A program made the translations under genes and the position numbers. DNA of 64,000 nucleotides from Prevotella sp. (lineage in GTDB: Bacteria > Bacteroidota > Bacteroidia > Bacteroidales > Bacteroidaceae). Positions 55,239 through 64,000 of this stretch are shown here, one piece after another; positions within the stretch are counted from its first letter, which is position 1, and each line of letters opens with the position of its first letter. The notes beneath the pieces were generated by a model, which saw only the letters and a list, made by a program, of their open reading frames with translations, did no database searches and was not told the origin of the DNA. The stretch covers positions 44,484 to 108,483 of the forward strand of contig JBNMLZ010000001.1 in the NCBI GenBank assembly GCA_050875085.1, in the 5' to 3' direction.

Positions 55239-57200
55239 TTAGTTCAGGCTCAACACCATCACGCCACGTGGCTGCAACTTCACGTTCTTCGTCAAGTCTA
55301 TCTTGTGGCCAGTGAGGATGTTGGTTGCCTCGGTGCGGCCGTTGATAATCTCGGCATAACGCTCCACCTGCATCTCGGCAGACTTCGACGTGCCGTTGAT
55401 GACGGTCATCACAGCCTTGCCATCGAGAGTGCGCGCCACTACATACACGCCCTTGACAGGTATAAACTGCGTCTGCTTGCCTTTAGAGATTATGTCGTTG
55501 CCCTGACGCCAGTGGAGCAGACGGCTTGTGAAGCGATACATGTCCTGCTCTGCCTTGGTGCGCTCCGACTTGTTGAAGGCGTTGTGCTTGTCGCCAGGGA
55601 AACCGCCGGGGAAGTCGCGGCGCACGTTGCCGTCGGTCACCTGCTTAGTGCCGTTCATCATTATCTCGGTGCCGTAGTAGAGCTGCGGTATGCGGTTGAC
55701 GGTGAGCAGCAGGGCGAGAGCCTGCTTGAGGGCGAGCGAGTCCTGGCCCTCGCCGAGGAAGCGGTCGGTGTCGTGGTTCTCGATGAACGCCATGACGTTG
55801 CTCGGGTTTACATAGAGATAGTCGTAGCACAGCGAGTTGTAGATGCGGTTGTAGCCTTTCCACCAGTCGTCGGTTTCCTCCGACTTGGCCTGGTTGAGCT
55901 TGTCGAAGAACGAGAAGTCCATGACGGTCTTCAGGTTGGAGTTGATCTTTGCGAGTGGCGAGTCCTTCTGCCATGCGGCTGTGTAAGCAGGCTCAGTCAC
56001 CCACGTCTCGCCAACGGTGTTGAAGTTGGGATATTCGGTGTTGAGCACTTCCATCCAGTGCGCCATGCCACGGCGGTCGGCATAAGGATAGGTGTCCATG
56101 CGTATGCCGTCGATGCCTACGGTCTCAATCCACCACTCAGAGTTCTGGATGAGGTAGGTCATGAGATGCTGGTTGCGCTGGTTGAGGTCGGGCATTGTAG
56201 GCACAAACCAACCATCGACCGTCTCGTGCAGGTCTACCTTAGAGGCGTAGGGGTCGAGCACGGGCGTGAGCTTGTAACTCGTCTGGAGATACTTGTCGTT
56301 GGTCATCTGGTCGCCGTCCATCGTCTTTGTCTTCACGGCTTTGGCTTGGTTTTCGGGAGCGAGCCATTCGGGAGTGTTGAACCAGTCCTTCGTAGGCATG
56401 TCCTTCACCCAAGGATGCTCGAAGCCACAATGGTTGAAAATCATGTCCATCACCACCTTCAAGCCCTTCTTGTGGGCATCCTGCACGAGCTGGCGGTAGT
56501 CGGCGTTGGTGCCGAAACGCGGGTCGACGCGGTAGTAGTCGGTCGTGGCATAGCCGTGGTAGGTGCTGTTCTTGCCGTGGTCGGGCGAGTTGTTCTCAAG
56601 CACTGGGGTGAACCAAAGGGCTGTCACGCCGAGGTCGGTGAAGTAGTCGAGGTGCTGGCGTATGCCCTCAAGGTCGCCGCCATGACGGAGCGACGGCTCA
56701 CTGCGGTTGACTGTGTAGGCGTTCATACCCTTCACGTTGAGGTTCTTGCCACTTGAGGCGAAGCGGTCGGGCATGAGCATGTAGAGCACGTCGGCATTGG
56801 TGAAGCCCTTGTGGTCTTCGCCACGCATGTCGCGCGCCTTGAGCTCATACTTCACGCTGGTCTTGCCCTTCGGTGCGCGGAACTGCAGGTTCATCGTGCC
56901 GGGCTGCGCGTCCTTCACGTTCATGTAGACAAGCAGGTAGTTGGGCGAGTCGAGACGCACGAGCGAGTCGATGCGCACGCCGGGATAGTCGGTCGTGACC
57001 TCGGCAGAACGGATGTCCTTGCCGTAGACCATGAGCTGCACCTGCGGGTTCTTCATGCCAACAAACCAGTTGGCAGGGTCGATGCGGTCGATTTTTTGAG
57101 CTGCGTTCATATTGATGGGAAGTAAAAGCCCCACCCCCAGCCACAAAAGTGGCTTTACCCCTCCCCTTAGGGAGGGGAGTGAAATGTGCTTGAATTTCAT
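55239..57200 (-). CDS. susA: GH13 neopullulanase/cyclomaltodextrinase (SusA-like)
   Basis: IDPANWFVGM, LMPDRF, YHGYATTD, DMIFNH, GIRMDT, GETW, ENHD. Confidence 0.9.
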   Translation of the reverse strand: MKFKHISLPSLRGGVKPLLWLGVGLLLPINMNAAQKIDRIDPANWFVGMKNPQVQLMVYGKDIRSAEVTTDYPGVRIDSLVRLDSPNYLLVYMNVKDAQPGTMNLQFRAPKGKTSVKYELKARDMRGEDHKGFTNADVLYMLMPDRFASSGKNLNVKGMNAYTVNRSEPSLRHGGDLEGIRQHLDYFTDLGVTALWFTPVLENNSPDHGKNSTYHGYATTDYYRVDPRFGTNADYRQLVQDAHKKGLKVVMDMIFNHCGFEHPWVKDMPTKDWFNTPEWLAPENQAKAVKTKTMDGDQMTNDKYLQTSYKLTPVLDPYASKVDLHETVDGWFVPTMPDLNQRNQHLMTYLIQNSEWWIETVGIDGIRMDTYPYADRRGMAHWMEVLNTEYPNFNTVGETWVTEPAYTAAWQKDSPLAKINSNLKTVMDFSFFDKLNQAKSEETDDWWKGYNRIYNSLCYDYLYVNPSNVMAFIENHDTDRFLGEGQDSLALKQALALLLTVNRIPQLYYGTEIMMNGTKQVTDGNVRRDFPGGFPGDKHNAFNKSERTKAEQDMYRFTSRLLHWRQGNDIISKGKQTQFIPVKGVYVVARTLDGKAVMTVINGTSKSAEMQVERYAEIINGRTEATNILTGHKIDLTKNVKLQPRGVMVLSLN

Positions 57201-57312
57201 ATTTTCTCTTATTTTTTATATTATTCCCGTTCCCCCATACCCCACAAAGCATATTACTCACCTCCCTAAGGGGAGGGGAAAGCCGCCTTTGTCGGCGAGG
57301 GGGAGGGGCCTT
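57126..57312. repeat. Family B inverted pair; left arm encodes the SusA signal peptide
   Basis: Arms 57126-57182 and 57255-57312; susA ATG (57200) lies in the spacer. Confidence 0.9.
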
Positions 57313-59234
57313 TAATCATGTACAATCAGTGCCGACTGCGGAGCCACCGTCAGCGTAGTGCCATTGAGCAGTCCGATGCCGTTAGCATTCACCTTGCCGT
57401 TTGCCACAACCATGGTGTAGCTGCCCTCAGGCACATTGACGTTCTGCGGAGTCTTCTGCGAGTTGAGCACAACGATGATGTTCTTCCATGCGTCGCCTCC
57501 GGCGTTGTTCTTCAGTTGGTAAGCCACCACACCATTGGGAGCATTGAGGAACTCAAGATTCTTGCGCACCTCGTCGGCCGCCCCCATACGGAAGGCTGGA
57601 TGCTGCTTGCGGAGGGAGATAAGACCAGTGTAGTAGTCGAACACCTGCGGATAGCGCTTGAGGTTGTTCCAGTCGAGGCGGTTGATTGAGTCGGGCGACT
57701 TGTAGGAGTTGTGAACACCCTTCTTGTCGCGCAGCATCTCCTCGCCCGAGAGAATGAACGGCACACCCTGCGACGTGAGCACGGCGGTCTGCGCGAGCAG
57801 GTCGAGCCGTATCAGTTCGTCGTCGGTGATGTAGGGCACTGTGGCGCGCAGACGGTCGGTGAGGCACATGTCGTCGTGGCAACTCACATAGGCAATCATC
57901 TGCGACGGCTCATTGGTCCATGCCGCCTTGGAGTAGTTCACCTTCGTCATGTCAATCTGCGGATGCTGTATGGCACCCGCGATGCCGAACTTGATGCTCT
58001 CCTCCTGACCCGGCACGCCGACGAGGAAACCACCCTTCGTGTCGTCGGAGAACGGACCGCGCAGCGCGTCGCGCATGTCGTCGCAGAAAGCGCCGATACC
58101 GTTGAGCTGCTTGGTGTTTGCCTTCATCGCAAGCTTCTCCTGCGGATAGGCGCACGAGCCGGCGCTCCATCCCTCACCATATATATATATTGAGGGGTCA
58201 ATCTTGTCGACGGCAGCACGTATGTCGTTCATCGTCTCAATGTCGTGTACGCCCATGAGGTCGAAGCGGAAGCCGTCGATGTGGTACTCGTTAATCCAGT
58301 ACTCCACGCTTTCCTTCATGAACTCGCGCATCAAAGGTTTTTCCGATGCCGTCTCGTTGCCGCAACCGGAGCCGTCGGAGTATTTGCCCTCGGCTGTCTT
58401 GCGGTAGAAATAGTCGGGATATGTCTTCTGGAAGTTGGAGCCGTTGATGTCGAACGTGTGGTTATACACCACGTCGAGGATGACGCGTATGCCAGCCTTG
58501 TGCAAAGCCTGAACCATCTGCTTGAACTCGCGGATGCGCGCCTTGGGATCGGCGGCATTGGTTGAGTAGGAGCCTTCGGGCACGTTGTAGTTCACAGGGT
58601 CGTAGCCCCAGTTGTACTGCGGCACGTCGGGTTTCGACTCGTCAACCGACGCGAAGTCGAACGACGGCAGTATGTGTATGGCGTTCACACCGAGTCGGCG
58701 CAGATAGTCGATGGCGGCAGGCTCTGTGAGGGCGAGAAACTTGCCCTTGTGCTTTATGCCCGACGAGAGGTCAACGGAGAAGTCGCGGTGGTGAAGCTCA
58801 TATATCACGAGGTCGCACGGCGACTTCAGTGCCGGGCGCACATCGTCAGCCCACCCATCAGGGTCGGTGTCGCGCAAGTCGACGATGGCACCGCGCTTGC
58901 CGTTCACGCCTACAGCCTTGGCGAAAACGCCGGGAGTGACATCAGGCTTTGCCTGGTTGTAGACGCTGAACACGTAGAACTTGCCCTTGAGGTCGTTCTT
59001 TACGGTGAGTTTCCACTTGCCTGCGCCGATGCGTTTCATCGACTTCACTAGTTGCTTGGCAGCGTCGCCGTCGGTGTCGGTGAGCACGACATCCACTTTC
59101 TTCACATCGGGAGAAGTAATGAGGTTGAATGTTGTAGCCTTGGGCGAATACTCCACTTCGTTAAAGGTCTGCGCCAGTGCATGGTGGCAGGCGCAGGTGG
59201 TGAGAAGGGAGAGGAATAGGGTTCGGAGATTCAT
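57312..59234 (-). CDS. pulA: Type I pullulanase (GH13)
   Basis: YNWGYDP, DVVYNH, GFRFDLMG, YGEGW, YVSCHDD. Confidence 0.93.
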   Translation of the reverse strand: MNLRTLFLSLLTTCACHHALAQTFNEVEYSPKATTFNLITSPDVKKVDVVLTDTDGDAAKQLVKSMKRIGAGKWKLTVKNDLKGKFYVFSVYNQAKPDVTPGVFAKAVGVNGKRGAIVDLRDTDPDGWADDVRPALKSPCDLVIYELHHRDFSVDLSSGIKHKGKFLALTEPAAIDYLRRLGVNAIHILPSFDFASVDESKPDVPQYNWGYDPVNYNVPEGSYSTNAADPKARIREFKQMVQALHKAGIRVILDVVYNHTFDINGSNFQKTYPDYFYRKTAEGKYSDGSGCGNETASEKPLMREFMKESVEYWINEYHIDGFRFDLMGVHDIETMNDIRAAVDKIDPSIYIYGEGWSAGSCAYPQEKLAMKANTKQLNGIGAFCDDMRDALRGPFSDDTKGGFLVGVPGQEESIKFGIAGAIQHPQIDMTKVNYSKAAWTNEPSQMIAYVSCHDDMCLTDRLRATVPYITDDELIRLDLLAQTAVLTSQGVPFILSGEEMLRDKKGVHNSYKSPDSINRLDWNNLKRYPQVFDYYTGLISLRKQHPAFRMGAADEVRKNLEFLNAPNGVVAYQLKNNAGGDAWKNIIVVLNSQKTPQNVNVPEGSYTMVVANGKVNANGIGLLNGTTLTVAPQSALIVHD

Positions 59235-59252
59235 ATATAAAAAAAGAAGAAG

Positions 59253-59513
59253 AAGCCCCTCCCCCAGCCGCCAAAGGCGGCTTTCCCCTCCCCGTAGGAG
59301 AGGGGAGTGATGTGCGTTGAGGGGCTGAGGGAAGGCTATTGTGGTTTATTAATATTAATTATTGATATTCAATGAGAAATGACACGATATTGAGTGAAAT
59401 AACACTATATTAAGTGAAATGACACAATATTGGATGCCACTATTAGCAGCGCATACCACTCCCCTCTCATACGGGGAGGGGAAAGCCGCCCTTGGCGGCT
59501 GGGGGAGGGGCTT
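59253..59513. repeat. Family B inverted pair enclosing three 20-bp tandem repeats
   Basis: Arms 59253-59310 and 59457-59513; GAAATGACACNATATTRAGT units at 59376-59435. Confidence 0.9.
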
Positions 59514-59530
59514 GGGCTGGTGCCGTGCTT

Positions 59531-62269
59531 TTACTTTCTCCCTGCCTCATCAATCAGCTCCTTCACCTCGTCGTTATAGTCGCGGTCGGCAAGAAGCTTC
59601 TCGATTGTTATGTGCATGCGGTAGCGCCAGTAGTGCTTCGGGTTGGCAGGGATGTTGATGCGCTCGGCATTAGGGTCGGCAAGACGCACGCGCTCGTCGA
59701 TGGCAAACCAGTCCTGTAGGGAGAGGATGCAGAGCATAGAGGGCGACGTGAGCTGTCGCGACACGATGTCGCGTGCGAGCCATCCCGGCAGCGGATGCGG
59801 AGCGGCACCGCCACGATAGAGCATCGTGTTGTAGAACTCCTGCGTGCGGTCGTAGTCCTCGTCCCACCACTGGCGTAGCGTCGGCATGTCGTGAGTTGAC
59901 AGCGTGCATACCGAGCGGTAGGGATTGCGCGACAGATGACCGAACTTCACTGTCGGGTCCTTCGGCATCGACTGAAGCTCAAGGCTGAGTATGCGCAGCT
60001 CGTTCATCACCCACTGCACGCAATCGGGCACCATGCCGAGGTCTTCGGCACACACAAGCATACGTGTGGCCTGCGACAGCAGCGGCAACTTCTTCATTGC
60101 CTCGCGGTACCAGAAATCGTTGTTGCGGCGATAGTAGTAGTCGTTGTAGAGACGGTTGAAGGCATCCTTGTCGTTCTGCCACAAGGCCTCGTACATGAAG
60201 TTGAGCTGAGCCGTGATGCGCGGGTGGAACATGTTGGGGTTCTGGCGGTCGCGCACGAAGAGCACGTCCTCGACGAGACAGTACAAACCGTCGCGCAGCC
60301 AGATGTCCTTGTCGGTTGTCTTGCCCTCGAAGGCTGCCTCTATCTTGCGTTCGGTGTCGTACTCGGGTTTCAGTGAGTAGATGTCGTCGTGCTCATGCTG
60401 CAGGTATTTTTCCTTCACTTCATCGGCATGTTCGCGGAACACGCGGTCGATTACCCAGTCGGCAATGAACGGACGGGTGAACAGTTCCTCCTGGAAGTTG
60501 AGTCCATAGCTCTGTATCTCCTCGCGTGTCATGGCGAGAGCCGGCTGGAACTGTCCGAGCAGACCGTGAACGCAGTCGGTTGGTATCGCCCAGATGCGGA
60601 AGAAGCCGAGCACGTGGTCGATGCGGTAAGCGTCGAAATACTGCGACATGTTCTGGAAGCGGCGCACCCACCACTGGCAGCCGTCGGCAATCATGCGCTC
60701 CCAGTTGTATGTAGGGAAGCCCCAATTCTGACCGTTCACCGAGAAAGCGTCTGGCGGAGCGCCAGCCTGGGAGTCGAGGTGGAAGTACTCTGGCTCATGC
60801 CATACGTCGCAACCGTTGCGGTTGACGCCGATTGGAATGTCGCCCTTGAGAATCACGCCGCGTGCACGGGCATAGTCGTGTGTGGCACGCATCTGACGGT
60901 CGAGGATGAACTGCACATAGTAGAAGAACTCCACGTCCTTGTATGCCTTGTTCTTCGGGTTGGAGAGTGCGGCGCGGTCTTTCTCGTTCCACTGGTTGTG
61001 GTCTTTCCATGTGGAAAACTCGCACGTGCCGTTCTTGTCGCGCAGATAGCAGTACTGGGCGTAAGGCACGAGCCAGTGCTCGGTGCGCTTGAAGAACGCC
61101 TTGAACTCCTCAGAGGCGAGCACCTCCTTGCCATCCTGTGCGAAGATGATGTGCAGGTATTGTGTCTTGGCGTTGTTCACGCGCTCATAGTCGATTTTGG
61201 GCAGGGCGTTAAGCTCTTCGCGGAGCATCTCGAAGCGGTCGGCCTCCACCTTGTCACTGATGGCAGGGAGCTGGCGCAGGTCGCAATACTGCGGATGCAG
61301 GGCGAAGATTGATATGCAGGAGTAAGGATAAGAGTCGGTCCAGGTGTGTGTGCTGGTGGTGTCGTTGATTGGAAGCACCTGAAGCACGCGCTGGTGGGTC
61401 TTTGCCACCCAGTCGACCATCAACTTCAGGTCGCCGAAGTCACCCACGCCGAAGCTGCCCTCCGAACGGAGCGAGAACACCGGGATGAGAGTTCCGGCAA
61501 TCTTCTCGTTGCAGAATGCGAAGAATGCCTGGTCGAGCACCACCACACTCACGTTGCCCTTGTCGATGGGCTTGACGGAGAGCGTGCGGTTCTGGCATGT
61601 CTCCCACTCCACTTCGCCCTTGTCGTCGATGGCGATGAACTTGAACTCAATCTCGGCATCATCACCAGTCTTGCCACCGCGTTTTTTTGATGCAAACAGA
61701 GCAGCAGCGTCAATATCAACAATCCATTCGTTGTGGTTGTGCTCGGTCATGGGGAGCGACTTCACCACGTCCCAGCATCCGAGGGCGGGCTGGGCACCCA
61801 CAACGTGCAGGCGCATACCAGAGCGCAGTTGCGGGGCGCGCACCACAAGGCGCAGCGTGGTGTCGTAGGATGTTGTGGCAACAGATTCCTCAACGCGGCG
61901 GTTCACGCAGTCGGTGAAGGCGGAGCTGTAGAGATAGGTGTCGCCCGGGAAGTCTGCCCAGCGGTCGCTCACGTCATAATGGCGCGCCTTGCCTGCACTG
62001 AGGTCTATGCGGTGCATGATAGTTTTCCACTCAGAGCACTTGATGCCAAGGCATCCGCGCACACTATAGTAATAGTCGTAGCGCGACGACTTGCCAGCGT
62101 CAAGTCTCACATCACAACTCCAGTTCTCGCCGTCAATGGTCGACATGGATACTACCTGCCACTCGCCGCCATCCTTTGCTGCACTGCCGTCGGCAGATGT
62201 GGGAGCGACATTGAGCAACAGTTCCTCGCCATACGCTGTGCGGTATGGTATGTTGAATGTAATGTTCAT
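59531..62269 (-). CDS. malQ: 4-alpha-glucanotransferase (GH77, DPE2 type with N-terminal CBM20)
   Basis: PVFSLRS, GVGDFGDL, KGDIPIG, GQNWGFP, RIDHVLGFFR, AEDLG, THDM. Confidence 0.94.
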   Translation of the reverse strand: MNITFNIPYRTAYGEELLLNVAPTSADGSAAKDGGEWQVVSMSTIDGENWSCDVRLDAGKSSRYDYYYSVRGCLGIKCSEWKTIMHRIDLSAGKARHYDVSDRWADFPGDTYLYSSAFTDCVNRRVEESVATTSYDTTLRLVVRAPQLRSGMRLHVVGAQPALGCWDVVKSLPMTEHNHNEWIVDIDAAALFASKKRGGKTGDDAEIEFKFIAIDDKGEVEWETCQNRTLSVKPIDKGNVSVVVLDQAFFAFCNEKIAGTLIPVFSLRSEGSFGVGDFGDLKLMVDWVAKTHQRVLQVLPINDTTSTHTWTDSYPYSCISIFALHPQYCDLRQLPAISDKVEADRFEMLREELNALPKIDYERVNNAKTQYLHIIFAQDGKEVLASEEFKAFFKRTEHWLVPYAQYCYLRDKNGTCEFSTWKDHNQWNEKDRAALSNPKNKAYKDVEFFYYVQFILDRQMRATHDYARARGVILKGDIPIGVNRNGCDVWHEPEYFHLDSQAGAPPDAFSVNGQNWGFPTYNWERMIADGCQWWVRRFQNMSQYFDAYRIDHVLGFFRIWAIPTDCVHGLLGQFQPALAMTREEIQSYGLNFQEELFTRPFIADWVIDRVFREHADEVKEKYLQHEHDDIYSLKPEYDTERKIEAAFEGKTTDKDIWLRDGLYCLVEDVLFVRDRQNPNMFHPRITAQLNFMYEALWQNDKDAFNRLYNDYYYRRNNDFWYREAMKKLPLLSQATRMLVCAEDLGMVPDCVQWVMNELRILSLELQSMPKDPTVKFGHLSRNPYRSVCTLSTHDMPTLRQWWDEDYDRTQEFYNTMLYRGGAAPHPLPGWLARDIVSRQLTSPSMLCILSLQDWFAIDERVRLADPNAERINIPANPKHYWRYRMHITIEKLLADRDYNDEVKELIDEAGRK

Positions 62270-62365
62270 ATTTGTATTTTATGATTTTGATTGTCAGTAT
62301 TTATATATACCCTAAATAGAGGGGTAATAGATATGTTTAATGGTTTTCAGATACAAAATTAAAAA

Positions 62366-62405
62366 AATGATTGCTTACGTGATATAAATCAAGTAAGCAA
62401 TCATT
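62366..62405. terminator. Hairpin downstream of rodA
   Basis: AATGATTGCTTAC...GTAAGCAATCATT with a T-run on the - strand; malQ -7 box TAATTTTG at 62354-62361. Confidence 0.65.
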
Positions 62406-62414
62406 AAAATTATG

Positions 62415-62430
62415 GTGCAAACGTTTGCAC
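62415..62430. promoter_or_regulatory. Perfect 16-bp palindrome GTGCAAACGTTTGCAC, candidate LacI-family operator
   Basis: Central AAACGTTT core typical of LacI operators; upstream of the malQ-pulA-susA-amylase cluster. Confidence 0.55.
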
Positions 62431-63899
62431 TACCCTTGTACTTGTGCCAGATTACGCCCGGCATCTATTCTCAGGAAGATGAACATGAGTATGGTGAAAC
62501 CCCACAGCGACGAGCCACCGTAACTGAAGAACGGCAGCGGGATGCCGATAACGGGGGTCAATCCGAGCACCATTCCGACGTTGATGAACACGTGGAACAG
62601 AAACACCGACGCCACGCAATAGCCATACACGCGCCCGAAGGTGAACGGTTGTCGCTCCGCCAGCTTCATGAGCCTCAGTATGAGCGCGAGGAACAGCAGC
62701 AGCACGCCTGCCGACCCCACAAAACCCTCTTCCTCGCCGACGGTACAGAAGATGAAGTCGGTGTCTTGCTCAGGCACGAACTTGAGTTTTGTCTGCGTGC
62801 CGTTGAGAAAGCCCTTGCCCTTCAGTCCGCCCGAGCCGATGGCAATCTCGCTCTGGTGGACGTTGTAGCCGGCTCCGGCAAGATCCTCGTCGAGACCGAG
62901 CAACACGTTGATGCGCACGCGCTGGTGAGGCTCCATGACGTTGTTGAGCACGTAGTCGGCGGAATAGAAGAACACCACCGAGCCGACGGCAAACGCCAGT
63001 ATCATGAAGTAATGCGGCAGTCGCGTGCGCAGCCAGTTGAGCAGCAGGTACACGAACATCACAATGCAGGCACCGAGCTGCACCCATGTGATGTCGAACG
63101 GGATTACATACACCGAGAAGAGCATCGCCACGAGTGTCAGTCCGATGCTATAGCCCAGTATGGCTCTGGTCTGGCGTTTCTCGTGCACATAGACATACAC
63201 CATCGAGGCGGTGAATATCTGCACGAGCAGCAGCACGACAAACTTGCCGACCGACGTCGGCGTGTCGAAGAGCATCACATTCTCATACTTGATGCCCACT
63301 ACGAAGTAAACTACCATCGCCACGCCGGTAAACAGAATACTGCCCGGCATACCCTCGCGGTAGAGCACGAGGAAGAACGTCAGGTAGACGAGTGCCGAAC
63401 CAGTCTCCCGCTGCCCGACGATGCACAGCATCGGCACGAATATCACAGCCACGGCAGCGGCGAAGTCCTTCCACCGGTGGATGGAGAATCCGTAGGCGCT
63501 CATCAGCTTGGCAAGGGCGAGCGCCGTGGCGAACTTGCCGAACTCGGCTGGCTGGAGTCGCAGCGGCCCGATGACGAGCCACGAGTGGGAGCCCTTGATG
63601 TCGTGCGGGTTGAAGATGGTGGCAAACAACAGCAAGAGCAGCACTCCGTATATGATATACGAGAAGGTGTCGAAGAACTTCATGTCCATCATAAGGATCA
63701 CGAATCCCAGACAGATACTCGTGCCTATCCATATTATCTGCATACCCGAGCGCGTGCTCAGGCTGAAGATGTCGTTCTCGCCGAATGTGTAGCTGGCTCC
63801 GCAGATGCTCACCCATCCGAATATCATGAGGGCGATATAGATGCCGATTGTTATCCAGTCGACCTGCGACCAAATGCTTTGTGGTTTGTTTGTTGGCAT
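62430..63899 (-). CDS. rodA: Rod shape-determining protein RodA
   Basis: LQPAEFGK, IAIGSGGLKGKG, PEQDTDFIF, GIPLPFFSYGGSS. Confidence 0.95.
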   Translation of the reverse strand: MPTNKPQSIWSQVDWITIGIYIALMIFGWVSICGASYTFGENDIFSLSTRSGMQIIWIGTSICLGFVILMMDMKFFDTFSYIIYGVLLLLLFATIFNPHDIKGSHSWLVIGPLRLQPAEFGKFATALALAKLMSAYGFSIHRWKDFAAAVAVIFVPMLCIVGQRETGSALVYLTFFLVLYREGMPGSILFTGVAMVVYFVVGIKYENVMLFDTPTSVGKFVVLLLVQIFTASMVYVYVHEKRQTRAILGYSIGLTLVAMLFSVYVIPFDITWVQLGACIVMFVYLLLNWLRTRLPHYFMILAFAVGSVVFFYSADYVLNNVMEPHQRVRINVLLGLDEDLAGAGYNVHQSEIAIGSGGLKGKGFLNGTQTKLKFVPEQDTDFIFCTVGEEEGFVGSAGVLLLFLALILRLMKLAERQPFTFGRVYGYCVASVFLFHVFINVGMVLGLTPVIGIPLPFFSYGGSSLWGFTILMFIFLRIDAGRNLAQVQG

Positions 63900-63910
63900 A
63901 ACTTCTTTAT

Positions 63911-64000
63911 TTATTCAGCGGCAGGTTCCTCGGCAGGCTTTGCTATTGCCTCGGGCACTTCCTTGCCTTCCTTGCCTTTCTTGTTTTTCTCAGCCGCGGC
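63911..64000 (-). CDS. C-terminal end of an upstream gene, possibly PBP2/mrdA by synteny
   Basis: Open frame AAAEKNKKGKEGKEVPEAIAKPAEEPAAE*; identity inferred only from position before rodA. Confidence 0.4.
   Translation of the reverse strand, partial: AAAEKNKKGKEGKEVPEAIAKPAEEPAAE

Noticed and set aside
55194-56756. Long antisense ORFs (520 aa here; also 29016-30272, 50501-51652, 5671-6681, 17479-18456, 60389-61312)
   Set aside because: Shadow frames of GC3-biased genes that carry clear family motifs on the opposite strand.

Overview
Chromosomal window from a Prevotella-like Bacteroidales genome (about 55-60% GC core, Bacteroidetes TAnnTTTG promoters). It contains: the 3' part of a GH97 gene; an AAA+/DUF4143 ATPase gene bracketed by inverted repeats; a complete type V (Mfa/Fim) pilus operon ending in a 1583-aa putative T9SS adhesin; gpx-trxB; a GH123-like hydrolase; a DAACS symporter; a fructan locus with no SusD; a decaying AT-rich islet; a galactan PUL (GH2, two GH53, SusE/D/C); a TA-remnant plus aspartyl protease islet; a phosphorelay-dead HTCS-like regulator; LytS/LytTR; a starch cluster (three GH13, GH77); and rodA. 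Most intergenic gaps hold one of at least six palindromic repeat families, usually as inverted pairs around variable AT-rich spacers. Main observation: one family (CTCCCCTCCCTAAGGGGAGGGG...GGGGGTGGGGCT) is read in frame to form the N-terminal signal peptides of four secreted CAZymes and the C-terminal tails of two other proteins, which suggests a mobile palindrome exapted as a secretion signal. All product calls come from motif recognition by eye; no database searches were run.
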